DNA of 64,000 nt, from assembly GCA_964057225.1 (NCBI GenBank), contig OZ059898.1, positions 16,430,001 to 16,494,000 on the forward strand, read 5' to 3'. The translations under genes were made by a program, and so were the position numbers. Shown here piece by piece: positions 26,501 to 40,512 of the stretch. Origin of the DNA: Auanema rhodensis (taxonomy: Eukaryota > Animalia > Nematoda). Within the stretch, counting starts at the first letter, position 1. The number at the start of each line of letters is the position of its first letter. The notes under the pieces are model-generated. The model saw only the letters and a program-made list of their open reading frames with translations. It searched no databases and was not told the DNA's origin.

Positions 26501-29479
26501 AAAAAAGAATATTATTATTGTTGTTTGTAAGGATAAATATCTGCATTCCCACCATCTCTGAACGTTCACAGTGCTCGGCACAGTGATTAATCCGGATAAT
26601 TGGTACTATTACCACAAATATCAATTACACTTTTAGGGTCATGCTACCATTTTTTACACTCATTTAATAAGCATATTAGAGTTTCTTAATTAATAATAGT
26701 AGCTAAGTAAATAAAACGATACACGCGTGTTAAAAAAATTAAAATATCTTAATGAACAGTGTGAAGTACTATTATTAATAAACTTGATGTATTAAATTTT
26801 TTGAGCAAATATTACACGTAGAGCATTTTTCGGAGTTATGACCCTTATACTGTGGTAGCTGTATGGTTTAAGATAATATAGTGTGGTAGCTCTTAAGTTT
26901 AAGATACTTTAAACTATAATAATTTACCAGTTCTGGTATGATACGACTAAAGTTAATGAAAATTTAGATCTCAATGTAACCTATGTAATATAAACTGTAA
27001 AATCAAACGCGAAACCGGAACCAAAATGAAGATGACGGAAAACTATTCTTGTAGCTGCGCCCCTCCTTATGGAGCTGTTTAGAGTCCTTTTCCTGAATAG
27101 GCAACAAGCCAGTCTCTCACTTGAACAAAGTGGATTATATGCAGCTGATTGAACGCCAAATTTACGGCAGCAAGTCCCGGAGAGCAGCTCACGCCTCGAT
27201 GATTGGCCTTCTTATTTCAGTCTCTCATAATAATCTCTTAAAGAAGGAATTGATCCACAATGTCATAGAGGCCACTTCTTACTTTTTGGAAGCCTATTAG
27301 AATCTTCGTATCTCGATATTATGATTTTGCTTTAGTTCAGACTAATCTAAGCTTTATCATATTTGATCGGTTTATCAATATTTTTTTGAGCCTTTGTATT
27401 TTCTACCAGCTTCCAACCCAAATAAGGCCTAAAAACAACATTTTCGAAAATACTATTTTGAATACAATAAATTGGAGAATTTTCTTCAATTCAAAGTCAT
27501 ATGTTCAAATTGGCATGCATGTATATTTAAAGTTTTCACATCAAACTAAAAACTGTAGATAAGTTTGAATTTCACTTATGTTCAATTAGAAAAATTTATT
27601 TGATCCTCTTCTTAAACCAGGAATATTAGTTAAATTAATCATATTTTTCAAATAAAGACTTTTTTAACAGAAAAATATTTTTTTAAATCAATCGATTAGT
27701 TCAATAAATAAATGATATTATTTAAGTCTGGAAATATACAGATGTCCAACTATTCAAAGTCTATTGTCCTGCTTTGCTTGGAAAAGTGAAATGATGGCTA
27801 TATCGTCTTGATCAAATAGAAAAATGACTAAGGAAACATCGATACAAAAGATTCGTTGAATCTGTTGCCCTCTCTTTCTTCAATTCTCCCCTCCTTCTCT
27901 CTTTCCCTCTCTCTCTCTCTCTTCTTCAATCTCTCATTCACCCTTATCACTTCTTCATCGTATTTCTTTCGCCATTTTTCAACCTTTCCATTTTTTTCTT
28001 TTCTTTCTGTACCAATATATCATAATCTTTTAAATAACGTTGTTTGACTTGCCACAATTTCTTTTATGTTTTATACGATTCTGTTATTCCTTTTTATCCC
28101 TTTTTGCAACAAATTATGTTCAAGAAATAAGTATTGTCGATCTTTTATTCTCAGAATCTTTTAAAATTTTTATATATTATATGTATAAAAAAGTTCAAAA
28201 TTTCATAATGCTTTTTGAAACAGAGAAGCAATTTTTCAATTTTCTCCACAAAGCTTTCTAAAAATCATTTTAGGATATAATAATTCTATTTTCATTCAAA
28301 ATTCAAGAAGTCTCTAGAGCAAAAGCTTATCAATTAGGATAGACAGAAAACAAACAGACTATAATTTCATTCAGCTTTTTCATAATTTATTTTCAATTTT
28401 TTTAATTTTACATTATAATATCAAGGAAGTAGGCAAGTAAACATTTTGAAAAATTAATTACTTCTTGAACTAATTCAATTTCTTCTATTTCTCTCCTCAT
28501 TTTCAAACATAGTTCAAGCATACTATGACATTTCGCACATATCAACCGTATTCCTGGAAATGTGGTTTTCTGAAAACTGGGATTCTCCCTTACTCTATCA
28601 TTGTTTGTATATGCTCATCAACCAGATATCTACAATTCTAACTTATTACCGTATTCTTGAGCTTTGACTCTCTTTCTTTTCTTGTTCTTTTTTTCATCTC
28701 TAGCTTGCACAAGGACAGCGATGGACGGCAGGCTCCGCCCTTCCAACGTGCCCGCCCATAGCCAGTATCATGTTTGCCAGACCTCCCCCAGTCTTCAAAT
28801 ACACATTGTGATATTCGTTGAAAGACATATACACACTTTTGACTCAAACAAATCCGAGAACGGTTCCTTTTATGGAAATATCTTGATTTCTTACCTTTCA
28901 ATTACTTATTATTCTCATAATATCTCATTTTTCTATCCGTACAACATTTTCTTGAAACTTGATATATAAGTGTTTTTCAACAGCCTAGATCTTACATATA
29001 TCGCCATTTATAATCATTATTAACAGCTCTTATCTCTTAGTTTGCTAAGTTTTGCGGTATTCCATCTTTTGACCATTTCAATTTGAACACTTTAATCATT
29101 TTCTCTGATAAAAACTGACCATCTGTTATCATTCTTTTATTCTATCGCTCCATAAACCATTTGCTCGTTTTTCTTCTAGAAGTATGAGCCGATTTAGAAT
29201 CTTTTGTCTTCGATTTTCTTTTTTTTTTATTTAATCACCATCACTTTTTTCTGTTATTTTGCATTCGCTTTCATGTTCAATCTAATATTTCATTTCTTTT
29301 CCTCGTTCTACATTCGTTGCAGTTTGTTTCGAATTAAAATTAACAATCCTTTTTCATGTTATCACTGATAAACACCTTAATTAGCTATACGACATTTTGC
29401 TTCTCTTGTCTCTTTTTCATTTGTTCCCACTTATAAGACAGTTATTCATTTACAATAGTTAAAAACTTTTTAGAGAACT

Positions 29480-30347
29480 ATGAACGATATCTCAGTTATA
29501 TATCCAACTATTCTTCCTACTGAAACATCTGTCAAGATTCTTGAAGATGATGACACAGCTTCTATATCGTCTGGCATGTCTCCTGCTCATTCACCTCTTG
29601 ACTCAAAATCGCCATCAGATTCCCATGTTAAACGTCCAATGAACGCATTCATGGTTTGGAGTCGTGGTCAGCGAAGAAAAATGGCCCAGGTACTTTTGAA
29701 CTCTTTGCTTAACTTTTCAAAAAGATTAAAAAAAAAACATTTTAAAAAACTTCCTTTTCACTGTAAGGTGACTCATTATAGGATAATCCCAAAATGCACA
29801 ATTCCGAAATTAGTAAGCGGCTGGGAGCTGAATGGAAGCAACTTTCTGAAAAAGACAAACGTCCATTTATTGACGAAGCTAAACGATTGAGACAGTTACA
29901 TATGAAGGTCAGCTTACATTTCTATAAATATTCTCAGTTATACAAAGTACAACGTGAAAAAAAAACATAATATGCTATATCAAAACTTAAAGAAATTGCA
30001 ACACGAATCTAATCAATATAATCTTTTGACTTATTCAGGAGCATCCCGACTACAAATATCGCCCACGACGGAAGCCGAAGCCAGTCGTGAAGCAACAATC
30101 ACGGCTACCACTTGGAATTCCTTTAACTCCATTCGCAACTCCAACCCTTTTCGCCAGCTATTCACATTTGGATCAACTAAAAACTCCTGATCTTTCAAGT
30201 TACTATTCTTCGTTCTTCCCAAACCCAGTGCTTTCGGCAGCAACATACACACCATACAATGTTATGGCAGCTTATGCTCGGCAAGCAGCTGCAGTAGCTG
30301 CTGCCAGTCAAATCACACCTACACCTGCTCCACCACCTAACGTATAG
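29480..30347 (+). CDS. sox-3: SoxB2-type HMG-box transcription factor
   Basis: [22 protein letters not shown]|[21 protein letters not shown]...HMK|[14 protein letters not shown]; 3 exons. Confidence 0.88.
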
Positions 30348-30781
30348 AGAAGTATATAGATCTTAGGTATGTTTCCATTTTATTTAAATAAGCTTAGCCT
30401 ATTCATCAAACTCAACATGCTTCTTGAAATATATTGAAATAAAGAAGCCCACAACTATTCTTTACATGTCATGTGATAATTGCTCTTCCTTCATACTAAA
30501 ACGGCAAACTCATTCACTTGTTATTATCATTCTATTCATAGCCGTTCTTAAGAATAGCTTTGATTTCAATACTTCATAGCAGTTAATTGACTTCAATCAC
30601 GCAATTGCTTTATCATAGAAACAAAATCAGAAGTCATGCCACTCCTTTAAATATCTCATCTTTTTTTCATATAATATGGATAATCAATAAAAGGAAAAGA
30701 ACTTTTTCGTTCTGTTTTTCATATAGATTAACAATGAGAAAACGAGAATAGACTATCCCAGAAAGCAAATACATTTTCTTT

Positions 30782-30845
30782 TCATCATCATCATCATCAT
30801 CTTCATAACCATACTCGCCATCTTCTTCATCATATTCATCATCCT
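30782..30845 (+). repeat. Degenerate (TCA)n microsatellite
   Basis: tcatcatcatcatcatcatcttcat... run downstream of sox-3. Confidence 0.7.
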
Positions 30846-33800
30846 TATAAATACACAAAGACACATCGAAGTAGGCATATGAACACACATATGCACATAT
30901 CTTGTCACGTAGATCAGGATGAAGCCATGTGTGATTCACTTGCTATCATTGTTTAATGTTTATTCAAAGTATTTTAAGCAATATTTCTTACATTTCCTTT
31001 TCTAGTCTGTTCCAGTTTTCATTTTGTCGAGAAAAAATTACCTCCTGGTAAATAACTCGTTTCACTTCTACAATAGCTGAAAGAATTGTTGTTTTTATGC
31101 GATTTGGTTCTTTTACTCTTTTTACTTCAACTTTTCTTTTCGACCATCATCACCATCATCATTGTCGTTGTCATTGTCCTTCGTTTGCTTGCCTTGTACG
31201 TACCGTAATTATGATGCTCTTAAAAGTTTCAACGAGTCTAAAATTCTACCAGCATTCCATCAAACTTTTCTGTTTTTCTTTCTTTGACAAACGCAGTCAC
31301 ATTCATACAGATGAGACTGTAAGTATGAAGGGCTAGACAGCTATCTCTCTTTTCTTTCATATTATTCCACTCCTTTTTCCTCTCTTCTCTTCCTTTGTTC
31401 TTTTCATGCACCTTTCTTACGACAGGTGTTCATAACTGAAACTATTTCATCCGGAAATAGTGTAGAAATTAAGAAGGATGTCCGGCCGACTGCTTTTTGA
31501 TAGCTACATTTCTCCTGTTCTGTACAAACAGCCTTTCAACAGCTCATATTTCTCGCTTCCAATCCACTTTTTACGCTCAGAACCCTTCCTGACAGGCAGA
31601 ATGTTCTATTGTCTCCATGTTTACCTACTACGATCTAGAATTCACAATCTTTTTGTTCCATTTCTCTCAATTCCCACATCTTCCGCAATTCGATTAACAC
31701 AGCTCTAGAAGTCTTGACTCAGGAAATAGCAAATGTCTTTTCTGAGTTTTGTCATTTTCAAGTTTCGGGTTATTAGATTTAATGTGCCCTCAAAAACCGT
31801 GAATAGGTTGCTAAGGGAAAATCGTAAAAGCGGTAACTTTCAATGAATACATCTAATGCAACGTATACATATGTATAAATATGAATACGTCAATATGCAG
31901 GTTAACTATAGATTCTTCTGGTAATCTCTCTAGGTATTCTGATTTACATTCCACATTTATTTTTCTTTGTAGAATATTATCCACAAAAATGTTGATCTTA
32001 TTTCAATATTATTTCTTCCAAACTATTTTTCGTAATCTTATTTTTTCAAAATTAGTCATGAAACCACTAGTAGTACTAATCTTGCTAATTTCAGCTGTCA
32101 TCTATGATGTTCTCCTGTTTCGAAACAGAGGAACAACCTACTACGAGTCCAAATACCAGAATTTTTGTTTCACTTTTTCTCAGCCAGACCATCATCGTGA
32201 AGTCAAATGATCTCTTCCGTAGCCCTAAATTATAAAAGTGTGTATATTTTCATTTGTTAATTAGCTCATAACTACCTTGTGCATTCTTCTAATATTTTTA
32301 TGAAATGTTATCATAAACTAATTGTTATAATTATGTTATTATTATTATTTTATTGTTAATTATAATTGTATAACCTACTCATTCATTCTGCTTGTAAATA
32401 CTATTATTTGCAGTCTTTTCCGGTTTTATAAGGCTTGTTCTTGAGAACAAACTTAATCGGTAAAAGTTTTTACCTTTCCTCTCTTTCTCTCATTATCACC
32501 TCTTTTCATCATCATCATCATTTTATACTTACTGGTGCTTAGTTCACCATCGTTTTTTTTTAATTTTTATCACTGATAGTCATTATTGCCATGCCTTTGA
32601 ACTCATTATTATTCTTTCTTTAAGTTAAGTCAACAGATAAAAAAATCCGAAATTTGAAATTTGCTTCAGAAGCTAATAAAAATATTTTAATTAGACGTTT
32701 TTTAACTAAAGGAACAGAATGGTCATAAAGAATACATTATTGGCAAATTACAAACTTTTCCTTCATACTATAGGTCAATGAATCGACAGGTTTGTCCTCA
32801 TTAGGAGCACCGCTTTGATTTTGTTGACCAAGACTGCACCTATCCAGCTTCTTTCTTTTATTATTATTTAAGTAGAAGCTCCCACTATAAACAAACAAAT
32901 TATTTGATTATTAGAGGATAACATTATGAAACATAATTTAGCGCCTTATTTGATTAGAAGTTCAAAGAAGAACTACGTTTGTTCTACCTGTCGTTCAAAC
33001 AAAACGCTAAAAGACAAAATCAAACTATTGAGAAGCGTCATGTCATTTGAAATTAAGCATGAGACCCGCTTAGCTGCTTATAAGTACTTAATAAGTAGAG
33101 CTTGGACATCAACCATCTGTCAACTAGTTAACTCGATTTTCACTCTTCTCTTTATTGGTTTTGTTCTTATTCCTATTGAGACGAGTCACTATTCAAGGCC
33201 TTCTTTGTCTCCGCTTATACTGCCATCCACAAACACATAATCCACCTATTCAGTCTGTTCAACTATCTTATTGTTCCTCCGTTTACTATCCAACAAAAAC
33301 TACAAATCTCTTAGCCGTCCTGTCTTGTAGAAAAGGGGAAAAAACTAAAGAGGAACAGATGAAAAGATAAAGATGTGATGCCGGGAACTGTTGGGTATTG
33401 CGGATAGGATTCTAAATGGCAAAAAAAAACAAAAAAACTTTAATAGTAACCAAACCTATATTTGAAACATTCTGTTACAATCAATCTTTTGATTTTCTTG
33501 CAATACATATACAACATGAACCAAGTATACGTAAGCATAAAAGCGAACTAGTTTGTGTACACTTTAACAAAATTCTATATATTCCTTGGAAATCGACAAA
33601 GACCTCATTGCTAAAAGAAAAACGAATAAATATGTAGGCATGGAAGTTCAGGACAAAGAGGTGAATGATAGTTCAAACAAAGTTTGATCCGGTACACCAC
33701 TTCCTGACAATCAAAAAGACCGACAATTGCGCCATGTTAGCAAATCGCTATAGGAAGTCATGCTGGATTACGGTAGCAAACTGATCGGGACCTTCTTCGC

Positions 33801-36800
33801 TGTTTTAGTTTAAGCGGTAGCTTTGAGTACTTGTCTAAGATTTTATATAAACAAGAAAAAACATAATATAATTCGTGTCTGTAACTCGAAGGAGTTATAC
33901 AAAAACATATTTCTTTTGTTGCACTGACGGCAAATTGTGTTTATCGGCTTTAGAGCGTTTTCAAGTTAATAAGTCATGGATAGCACCACAGACCAAGAGG
34001 TAACTATTATAAATTTACTCATGCTTAAATTTTTATTCGAAAGCGACTACATAATCATCGGAAATAAGACATTACAGAAGGATTTTACCTGTTGCTGTTT
34101 TACACATAAAGACAGGATAAGCAATTCATTTTCACGCCTTTCAAAAGGCATTCAATCGGACATTACATAGACCTTTTAAAGCAAACAAGAAGCGTTTGAT
34201 GGATATTAATACGCTTCAACGCTTACCCGATAACTAAACTAAAAGACCGTTGTGTCAGCAATAACAATATTATTTTATTTCCTGTCAAATATAATTCTTG
34301 AAAAAAAATTGAATTAATATCAACCGACAACCATTACAAAGATTATTTTAAGAACTAAAAGGTGCGCCCAGTTATAAAAACATTGGTTTATTTGTGTTAT
34401 CATGATATTCATCTAATTATCTTAGTAATCAGACTATATCTGGGATTTTTGCGGTTAAAACATTTAATAGCGGCAATGATAGAAGAGACATCGAGATGGC
34501 GATGATATAGTTATATGGGAACGATGAGCTAAAACATATCATCTTTTTTCGTGTTTTTGTTTTAATAGTTGTGCGAGACTTTTCAATACTGTTTCCTTCG
34601 TTCTGAAACCTAATACTGAAAATGAAAATACTTGTTTTCTAACAAAAGTCAATCTAAAGAACGTGTCGGAGTCGATGAACAGTGAGTGTACGAGTTTGTA
34701 TGTCGACAAAGTTGGTAAAAATAATAGAGAGAAAGGGCGAAAACTTTTCTGACGCACATGCAAAGTGACACAATATAGAGTTGGAGAAGATGATGTCCAT
34801 GATGAGGATGAATGAAAACTTTTTCAAAAAAAAATCGAATAACCTCCAATTCAATTTTTTTATTTTTGTCTATTGTCACGACTTCTTTTCAGCAGGTTGT
34901 ACTCTTTTCAAATAGTAATGATGACCGCTTAGGAGAAGAGTTTAAGTGCTTGATGGTTTACAAATTTTCATGTTCTCTTTGAACACTATTCTGAAAAAAA
35001 ACGCAAAAAGGCAATATGAGTGTCGTGATTTTAAGCTTCATACTTAGTTTCGTTAGTTAGTTTCGAAGAAATGTTTCTATCTCTTCAATATATACGAAAT
35101 GTAAATGACTAGAACAAGAATATCATCATATGAACATTTATAGTACTTGATGATTTGAATTTGTGTGCTTAACTAATGAATTTCTTCATTAAAAGAAAAC
35201 TTAATTAACCCTTGTATAAACTAACACTTAGCCTGCTTTATTTCCTTCTTTTTATCTCTCTCCTACCTCTTGTTGACTCATCTTAATGTAATACCGTAAT
35301 TCTAGAAAATCGTTGTTGTTACTGAGAAAATCCAAAATATATCTATAATTAAAGTTTCGTACATTGTTATGACAAATATCTGAACTTTTTTTTAATGTTA
35401 TCGCTTTCTATTTTGTAAAATCTCTCAATTAAGTGCCTATTCAAATTCTGAAAACCTAGTTCACTTTATAATTCATAAATCAGCTGAATAAAATAATTTG
35501 CATCATAAAATGTGTACCGATGATATGTTAGCACTGATTATTTTTCTTTTTCACATCTTCTTTAACATTGAGTCAGGAACGTTCTAAAGAACTGTTGAAG
35601 TTATAGAATTGATTTCATTATTCGCTAAAGTCGCTTAACAAAAACTATGTTATTATGAATAAAAGTTATTATGAACACAATCTAAGAGCACTATTACCAA
35701 GTAGTTAGTTATATCAACTAAAATCAAAACAAAATAATTAATGAGATAGGAGATGTGTCCTGGAATTAATAAACTTAAAAGTTTATGATGAACTTTTATA
35801 ATGTTACTCAAATTTAAATTATGATATTTACACAAACCTTTCCTACCGTTACACTACTTATAAAGTATTTCTTCTGCTATTTATCTGCTATGCTATCTTC
35901 TACAAGTTGATTTCCACAAACTATGTTTCCGTTTTCTGTCACACAATATAATTCTTATTTCAAAAAACTGTTTTCATCTCTATATCATTCAAGTGTAAGC
36001 ATATGTCTCTTTGGGATTCTTTTATTCTTTGAAAAATGTACAATGATCAAAAGTATTCCCATACCACATTTATATTTATCCTTCAATCACTCATTTCCCA
36101 ATTCATTATACGCATTAATCCAACTATTTCATCAACTGAAAGTTCATCTTTGACATGTACGCTGTTTCATTGGACAGTTGTCGCAACTTACAATGTTGTA
36201 AGTTGCGATTTGTCCAACATCATAAGCAAAAACCTAATATATATATTTAAAACTCTTAACAAAGACACGATTTACCGTTAAAGTTTTCAAAACTTTATGT
36301 GGAACGTAGGGGATAAATGAACAACAAATGAACCATACAGAACAAATTGTAATATGTTTAAAGGTTACATCCCGAAGAATATCATACGAACAAGTTTCGC
36401 TCCAATGAATTTTCATGAAATCCTTTTTGATTCTTTATAACAACAGACATTTGGATTCGCTACATAGAACAATGAACAAAACAATAATGACCAACAATGA
36501 ATCTCGTTTAATATTAATTACAATTATAAATTCAAATAGTGGGCACAAAGATAAGATTTAGTTCAATTTATTTAAGATTTAGTTAAATTTTGCTAAGATT
36601 TGATCAAATTTAGTTGTGTTGTAAGAAAATATATTAACACTGTTTAAATATCAAATTTCAAGTAGATTTATAAAAAATTGTAAATAAGGAAGTTACAAAG
36701 CACTTATCGGTAGTTTCTCACAGTTGCGCCATTCGGGTACTTATTATCCCTTGCGCGCCTGTGTTTCTTTAATTAATGGTTAACTTGTATGCATTCATTG

Positions 36801-37764
36801 CATTCAAGAAGAATTGACTTTATCTACTATTCTTAGATAATTCACAAATAGATTGGCGTTGATGAAACATAGCACTTGACAAGCGGCTACTGTTCACGTA
36901 ATCAAACGAACCGCCAATATACCCATGCATCATACTCGTTTGTTACTGTTCAATGAAAAGGCGATAATATCTTATTCCTATTAGTACTTATTGGACAAGA
37001 AGAAACATCATTTTTATTCTATACATTATATATTTGCAACAAAATCATTGATACAACTTGAACAAATAATAATAAATGATGTTTCGTACCAAATATTGGG
37101 TAAAAAGCAGCTGCTGTATAAATATGAATATTTTAAAAAATAGATATCAGCAACAATGTATGAAGGAAGTAAATTGTTCTTATTCATAAAGAGAACAAAA
37201 ACTAATAAAAGATCAACTATGAAATAATAATTATAATAACTTTCAGTAGGAATAGAAAATAGTTCTGGTTAATTCAAAAAAATGAAATGTCACTCCAGGG
37301 ACAATGATATTTCTAATTGACTTAAGTAAGTAAGCATAAAGTAAAATTATCAACTTGGTAAGAAAATATATTTTCACAGAAGCTTTTCAATTTTTACATT
37401 GTTTATTTGCTACACGTCCAGTTGCTCGTACGAGGGAATCTGCTTTGAATAATAAAATTCGAAAAGGTTCATTTATTGAGCAAAACCAGTGAAACAAGGA
37501 AATGACATTTGACAGAATATGAAAATTTGATTGGCGAATCCTGTTAAAACAGAAAATACGTTGAAATTCATTTCCAATAAAAATAAGAAAGAAAAGTTCT
37601 AAATATAAGCTTACAAAAGTGAAAGGGAAAAGAAGCCAAAAAATTGAATAATCAACACCCCTCAAACAGTACAGTTTCATTGTAACAAAAATCAATTAAT
37701 AAATATAATTTATTAACATATTGATGAGAAACGCTAGTACTACACATAAATAATACGAAATAAC

Positions 37765-38090
37765 CTATACGTCTCCTTTTCTACCTCTGAATCTCGATCG
37801 CATATCAACCATTGATTTTTTACAATCCGTAAAGTTTTGAAGCAACTGGAAACATTTTTCTGGAACAGAACCGTCATGAAGATTGATACAGTCTTTTGCA
37901 GATCTATAATATAAACACTTGTAGGAAAACTAACGCGTTGTTACTTTGCGTAATTTTGGACACATTCGGATTCTTTTATGCATTTCTTTAAGGCTTGACG
38001 TAATCGATCACAGGCAATCCCTGTGGATTTCATGTGATTTAGCTCTTCATCATCATAAGAATAGGTTGCTGAATGCCCCACTGATCCCAT
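37765..38090 (-). CDS. COA5: Cytochrome c oxidase assembly factor COA5/Pet191, 2 exons; absent from the ORF track
   Basis: CDRLRQALKKCIKESECVQ...KDC...VPEKCFQLLQNFTDCKKSMVDMRSRFRGRKG matches the Pet191 cysteine pattern and RSRFRG tail. Confidence 0.9.
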
Positions 38091-38164
38091 GAAAAACTTC
38101 AAAAATACAAATTAATATAACGAAAAACTATTACAATACTTATTCACAGAATATTATAAAAACA

Positions 38165-38244
38165 AAGAAAAGCTTAAGGCTTAAAGCTTCAACAGCAAGA
38201 AAAGCTTGAGGCTTAAAGCTTCAACAGCAAGAAAAGCTTAAAGC
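38165..38244. repeat. 32-bp tandem repeat, 2.5 copies
   Basis: aagaaaagctt(a/g)aggcttaaagcttcaacagc twice, plus a partial third copy. Confidence 0.9.
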
Positions 38245-38426
38245 ATCAGCAGATTCCAACATTATATGCGAATATTCAAGTAGCATTATCGCTATTGAAC
38301 ATAATTAATAAGGACAGTTTGAAATTAACATAAACATATTAAGCAATACTAAAAGCAACTTTGCGTATTACGTAGTAGCCGCGTACACAAAAAAGTGTTA
38401 TTTGGACAGACAATGAAATTTTTACT

Positions 38427-39360
38427 TTAACACATTCAGGACGGCGTGACCCAGCATTGGGTCACGGTCGGTAAATTACGTACAAAAAATTTAAAAATTT
38501 AAAAAATAGATTTTACTTGTTAATTTCAATATTATGTAAATAAACAACACGGAAATGATCTAAAAAAGGGAAATGATACAAAACTAAGATAAAATGATAA
38601 AAAAAAACTGTCAAATTTTCTATCAATTTTTGTTCAATTTTGAACGTACGGCATACTTTAAACTTGATCTATTTATGCTTAAGAACTTACTGTGATTAGA
38701 TACAGTCATGTGCGATGAAAGTCGGACACCTACTAGAATCCCTTATAACTTCTCAGATAAACTACAATAAATTCAGAAAAAATCTTAGAGATTTTAAAAA
38801 ATCATGTTTAAAAGTAATTTCTGAAGTCTCCGAAATTTTCATAAACTGCTTGAAGTCTTCTTTCGTGAATTTCAGAAGTTTTATCAAGATTTCAGAAATA
38901 ATTTTTTTATAGGAGTACACTAAACGTCTATTTTTCTTTTAAACGGGAGAATTTGGTTGTACGTTAGCCAAGTTCTCTTCATAGATATTCAGTAAGATTC
39001 AGTTGCTGAAGCTTATTTGTTTGAAGCTATGCTATAGGAAAAACTTAATTATTGATCGAGCTTTGTGTTTAGAATCATTTTAAAATATTTTTAATGAAAT
39101 AACTTCTTCCTAATTTCAAATTTTGTTATATTAAGAAGGATTATTCAAAATAGTCAAAAAAAAAACTTCTACCTCGATTCTGAGAATTCTGATTGGGACG
39201 ACGACAACGAGGAGAACGACGGAAATCTGTCTGGAGGTGTGTCCTGCGATGAGGACGAAATGGAAGAGGATGTACTGGAGAATGTCTTGAATTTGGAAAA
39301 CGATTGGAAACAAGATGTTTCAAAACGATTTCTGTCTGTTTCTATAAATAGGTTGTAATT
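38427..39360 (+). mobile_element. Possible piggyBac-like relic (left end plus acidic ORF fragment)
   Basis: TTAA|CACATTCAGGACGG followed by the perfect hairpin CGTGACCCA-gcat-TGGGTCACG. Acidic open frame at ~39125-39358 (LDSENSDWDDDNEENDG...DEDEMEEDVLE...DW) with no upstream ATG. No clean right end found. Confidence 0.4.
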
Positions 39361-39782
39361 CATATCGAGATCAAGTGTAAGGTGATAAATATGACGGGAC
39401 ACTCTCAGTATGTAACTCCAAACTATAAACGATAGCTCATAAGCTATATTTCATTCCTATTATTAACTATTAGAAAACACGTTATTCCTATTTATTCATT
39501 AGGATGTGTAAGCTATTTGCTTTCAAATTGTAAATCAGAGATATAATAAAATCGATATTACATGAATTATAACGCCTAGAATGTGGTCATCCTGCCCCGG
39601 GCAAAAATTGTAAAGGAAAACAATTGCTCCCCATTAGTGCGGTATCTCACTTTTGGGACAAACCTAATGAAAACTATAAATGTCTGTCTCACATTTTTCC
39701 GGAAATTTCTTTTCTTAGTATTAAACGTTCACAATTAAAAAATAGAAAACATTCATTATATTAATATATTACAAGATTTTTC

Positions 39783-40453
39783 TTAAACAAAGGAATATTT
39801 ACAATGCTTGTGAATAATTTTGTAGCAAGCAGCTGCTGGGTCCTGTTCGGTTTCTTCGATAGCTTCCTGCAACAAAACGTTTTAGGTAACGCGAGGGTAG
39901 ATAGAAAGTTAGTTATCTATCAACAGAAAGCGTTCACATCATGAATGAACAGATGAGGTAATCAAGTTCTTGGGGTTATATTTTTTCATGTTAATTCATT
40001 GGAATGTGCAACTTACATGAGCGATTTTGTCAACCATACTACGACAAGCTCTCTTCTCTACAGGATTTCTAGAGTATTTCTTATCACATGTGCTTTCCAT
40101 CTTATGTTCTTCCTCTGCCTAATTTAATCAAAAAGAAAGAAGATTAAAAATATAATTTTTCTCTTACTTCTCCACATTCAGCATAGGTTTCCGAGATTAG
40201 AACTAGATCCAAACACATCTCGCATTCAAAGTCAGTTGAAGCTAAACGTCAGAAATTATTCAAAGACCTAGATAAGGTATAAAAACCTTGGCCATCTGTG
40301 ATCAATTTAAACGATCTTACTGTTTTCTTCGCACCACAGTTATCAGCTTGGCTAATGTCTGCCGGCATAGCCAAGGTTGCAACAACAAAGCAAGCTAAAT
40401 TAACTTTAAAATGATATTTTCATTTATAACTCACCAAGAATGAACAGTTTCAT
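39783..40453 (-). CDS. Secreted saposin-like protein, 5 exons; absent from the ORF track
   Basis: MKLFILACFVVATLA signal peptide; CEMCLDLV...C...C...DPAAACYKIIHKHC saposin cysteine pattern. Confidence 0.85.
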
Positions 40454-40502
40454 TTTCAGAAATGCCGTTATCACAACTATCCATCATCATTTATTCTTTT
40501 TG

Positions 40503-40512
40503 TCTTATCAGT
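40503..40512 (-). promoter_or_regulatory. Extended GATA site ACTGATAAGA (ELT-2-type intestinal element) about 50 bp upstream of the saposin ATG
   Basis: Plus-strand tcttatcagt. The motif is established for C. elegans gut genes; its function here is inferred. Confidence 0.5.

Noticed and set aside
37156-37500. Splice-like signals on the plus strand (TTTCAG, GTAAGT, TCACAG)
   Set aside because: The putative exon has stops in all three frames, so no CDS can be supported.
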